Positions 62,257-64,000 of a DNA stretch of 64,000 nt are shown here, one piece after another (positions within the stretch are counted from its first letter, which is position 1; each line of letters begins with the position of its first letter). This DNA is from Nemertoderma westbladi (lineage: Eukaryota > Animalia > Xenacoelomorpha). The notes beneath the pieces were generated by a model. It was not told where the DNA came from. It saw nothing but the letters and a program-made list of their open reading frames with translations, and searched no databases. Position numbers and translations under genes: made by a program. The stretch lies in assembly GCA_032718475.1 (NCBI GenBank), contig JAUCBJ010009135.1, positions 62,001 through 126,000 of the forward strand, given 5' to 3'.

Positions 62257-62333
62257 GGCGGTGCAATTTTGTCGATAAGCCGGCACAGCATTCTTAAAAA
62301 TGCAGCTGCAATGCAGCATGCCGATCATAGTAG
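62257..62333 (+). mobile_element. Short insertion in the satellite, copy of 12837-12924
   Basis: ggcggtgcaattttgtcgataagccggcacagcattcttaaaaatgcagctgcaatgcagcatgccgatcatagtag, flanked by tactgtattagcactg on both sides. Confidence 0.75.
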
Positions 62334-62366
62334 TACTGTATTAGCACTGTGGTGGTTGGAGGAGAG

Positions 62367-62947
62367 GCAACGAGGCACAAGAGGAGGACGAGTATTGTGG
62401 GTAAGACTTTTGACTAACGGCAGACAACTCGTTAATGGTACCCATATGCTAAAGGCATTGCTCACTTCATGCTGCGCGAAGACCCCACGAACGTTTAATC
62501 ATATCATGTACGTACACCGATGATTTGGTGCTAATTTTACCATCTACAGTACAAAAGGTATGCAATTTTTGTTGAACAGATGTACTATATTCGGTAACAG
62601 CATCGATGTTTCGATGTCGTTATTTAATGCTAAAAAAAGTGCAACACTAATAGTCCGATCGCGTACTCAGTCAAAATGGGCATTTCCTAATTTTAAAATC
62701 AGTAACATGATTATTCCAGTAAAAGAGGCAATTAAATATCTTGGGCATATTATTACTGACACTATCAGATGACAAAGATATAGTAGACAATGTAGAAAGC
62801 TCTATTCGCAAGGTAATACAAGTTCGTGGGGTCTTCGCGCAGCACAAAGTGAGCAAAGCCTTTAGCATATGGGCACCATTAACGAGTTGTCTGCCGTTAG
62901 TCAGAAGTCTTCAACACAATACTCGTCCTCCCCTTGTGCCTCGTTGC
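62367..62947. mobile_element. Foldback structure: ~125-bp inverted repeats enclosing a decayed LINE RT fragment
   Basis: 62367-62492 is the near reverse complement of 62822-62947; the interior translates (with frameshifts) NHIMY..DDLVLILPS...FNAKKS...IKYLGHIITDT..DDKDI, typical of a non-LTR RT C-terminal part. Confidence 0.75.
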
Positions 62948-62959
62948 GTTCGTTCGTTT

Positions 62960-63170
62960 TTAACGAAACTTCAGATTCTTTCTAAACTTTTGCCGGACTA
63001 CATACGTACCAGGTTTCGTTTAATTTCATCAAGGAATAACCGAGTTATTAGCGTTCAAAAATTTACGACGACGACAGACGACGATGACAGACGATGACGA
63101 CGACGACAGACAACTCGCCAATGGCACCCATATGCTAAGGCTTCGCTCACTTTCTGGCTCGCCCCACAGT
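62960..63170 (+). mobile_element. Non-autonomous dispersed element with GAC microsatellite (HINE-like)
   Basis: Homologous to the reverse complement of 12056-12220; (gac)n tract followed by cagacaactcg...catatgctaaggcttcgctcac...ggctcgcccca. Confidence 0.55.
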
Positions 63171-63307
63171 AGGTAATGCGACATAGGCCCACCATATGCC
63201 ACCCGATCTGCGATCCACTATGCGCCGGTTTTATAGTAGGTACCTTCCACTAGTAGGTAGTAGGTGATGGGGCATGAATGTAAAATAACATTACAATCTA
63301 TAACACT

Positions 63308-63795
63308 ACTACTGTACTACTACTAGGTCGAGTGTGCTCGGACAGTGGAAATGAGATCCTTCCAGGCGTCCCGATTCTACTACTGTACTACTACTAGGTC
63401 GAGCGAGCTCGGACAGTGGAAATGAGATCCTTCCAGGCGTCCCGATTCTACTACTGTACTACTACTAGGTCGAGCGAGCTCGGACAGTGGAAATGAGATC
63501 CTTCCAGGCTTCCCGATTCTCCAACTACTACTAGGTCGAGCGAACTCGGACAGTGGAAATGAGATCCTTCCAGGCTTCCCGATTCTCCAATTACTACTAC
63601 TAGGTCGAGCGAACTCGGACAGTGGAAATGAGATCCTTCCAGGCGTCCCGATTCTACTACTGTACTACTACTAGGTCGAGCGAGCTCGGACAGTGGAAAT
63701 GAGATCCTTCCAGGCTTCCCGATTCTCCAACTACTACTAGGTCGAGCGAACTCGGACAGTGGAAATGAGATCCTTCCTGGCTTCCCGATTCTCCA
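63308..63795. repeat. ~62-68-bp tandem repeat, ~8 copies, inside a dispersed element
   Basis: Unit tactactaggtcgagcgagctcggacagtggaaatgagatccttccaggcttcccgattct; single related copy at 32236-32270; followed at 63903-63927 by a (caga)/(cgga) microsatellite and ctcgcccca. Confidence 0.9.
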
Positions 63796-64000
63796 TAGTT
63801 GTCGAAATTTCGTTCCTCTCAAGGTCAGTATCTACTACTTACCTTTTAAATTTGGTTTAATTCCGAGACAGCGATGCCGAGAAATTCGCGTTCAAACATT
63901 TACCAGACAGACAGACGGACGGACGGACGCACCATTTGCCCAATATAAACCGTATAACAAGGCTCGCGTCTCGCCCCACTATACACTTAGCCAAAGCGAG

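Larger units (their letters stand above)
41632..62365. repeat. 50-bp tandem satellite, >400 copies, spans an assembly gap
   Basis: Unit gaagagaggttcatttatcctgtactactgtattagcactgtggtggttg over ~20.7 kb. Confidence 0.99.

Noticed and set aside
41632-62365. CRISPR-like array, or many ~65-aa MVVGREVH ORFs
   Set aside because: No unique spacers and no cas genes, eukaryotic context; the ORFs are frame accidents of the satellite.

Overview
Repeat-rich, AT-rich animal (probably invertebrate) genomic window; roughly 35 kb of the 64 kb is tandem repeat (50-, 68-, 59-, 45-, 42- and a second 50-bp family, the last ~20.7 kb with a 100-N gap). Two convergent intronless genes are well supported. One is a 424-aa serine beta-lactamase-fold (LACTB/lact-2-like) hydrolase (+). 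The other is a single-exon 4789-aa ORF (-) whose N-terminal ~350 aa is an LRRC8 (VRAC)/pannexin-like four-transmembrane large-pore channel domain. In place of the usual leucine-rich repeats it carries ~43 predicted cytoplasmic fibronectin type III domains arranged in a five-domain super-repeat and ends in an RRTSMV PDZ-type tail. This channel/FN3-filament fusion is the standout candidate for a novel system (a possibly tethered or mechanically gated large-pore channel). The rest is a decayed CR1/L2-group LINE, further LINE fragments, a tRNA-derived SINE-like remnant, a MITE and non-autonomous dispersed elements. All homology calls are by-eye alignments to remembered family consensus; no searches were run.
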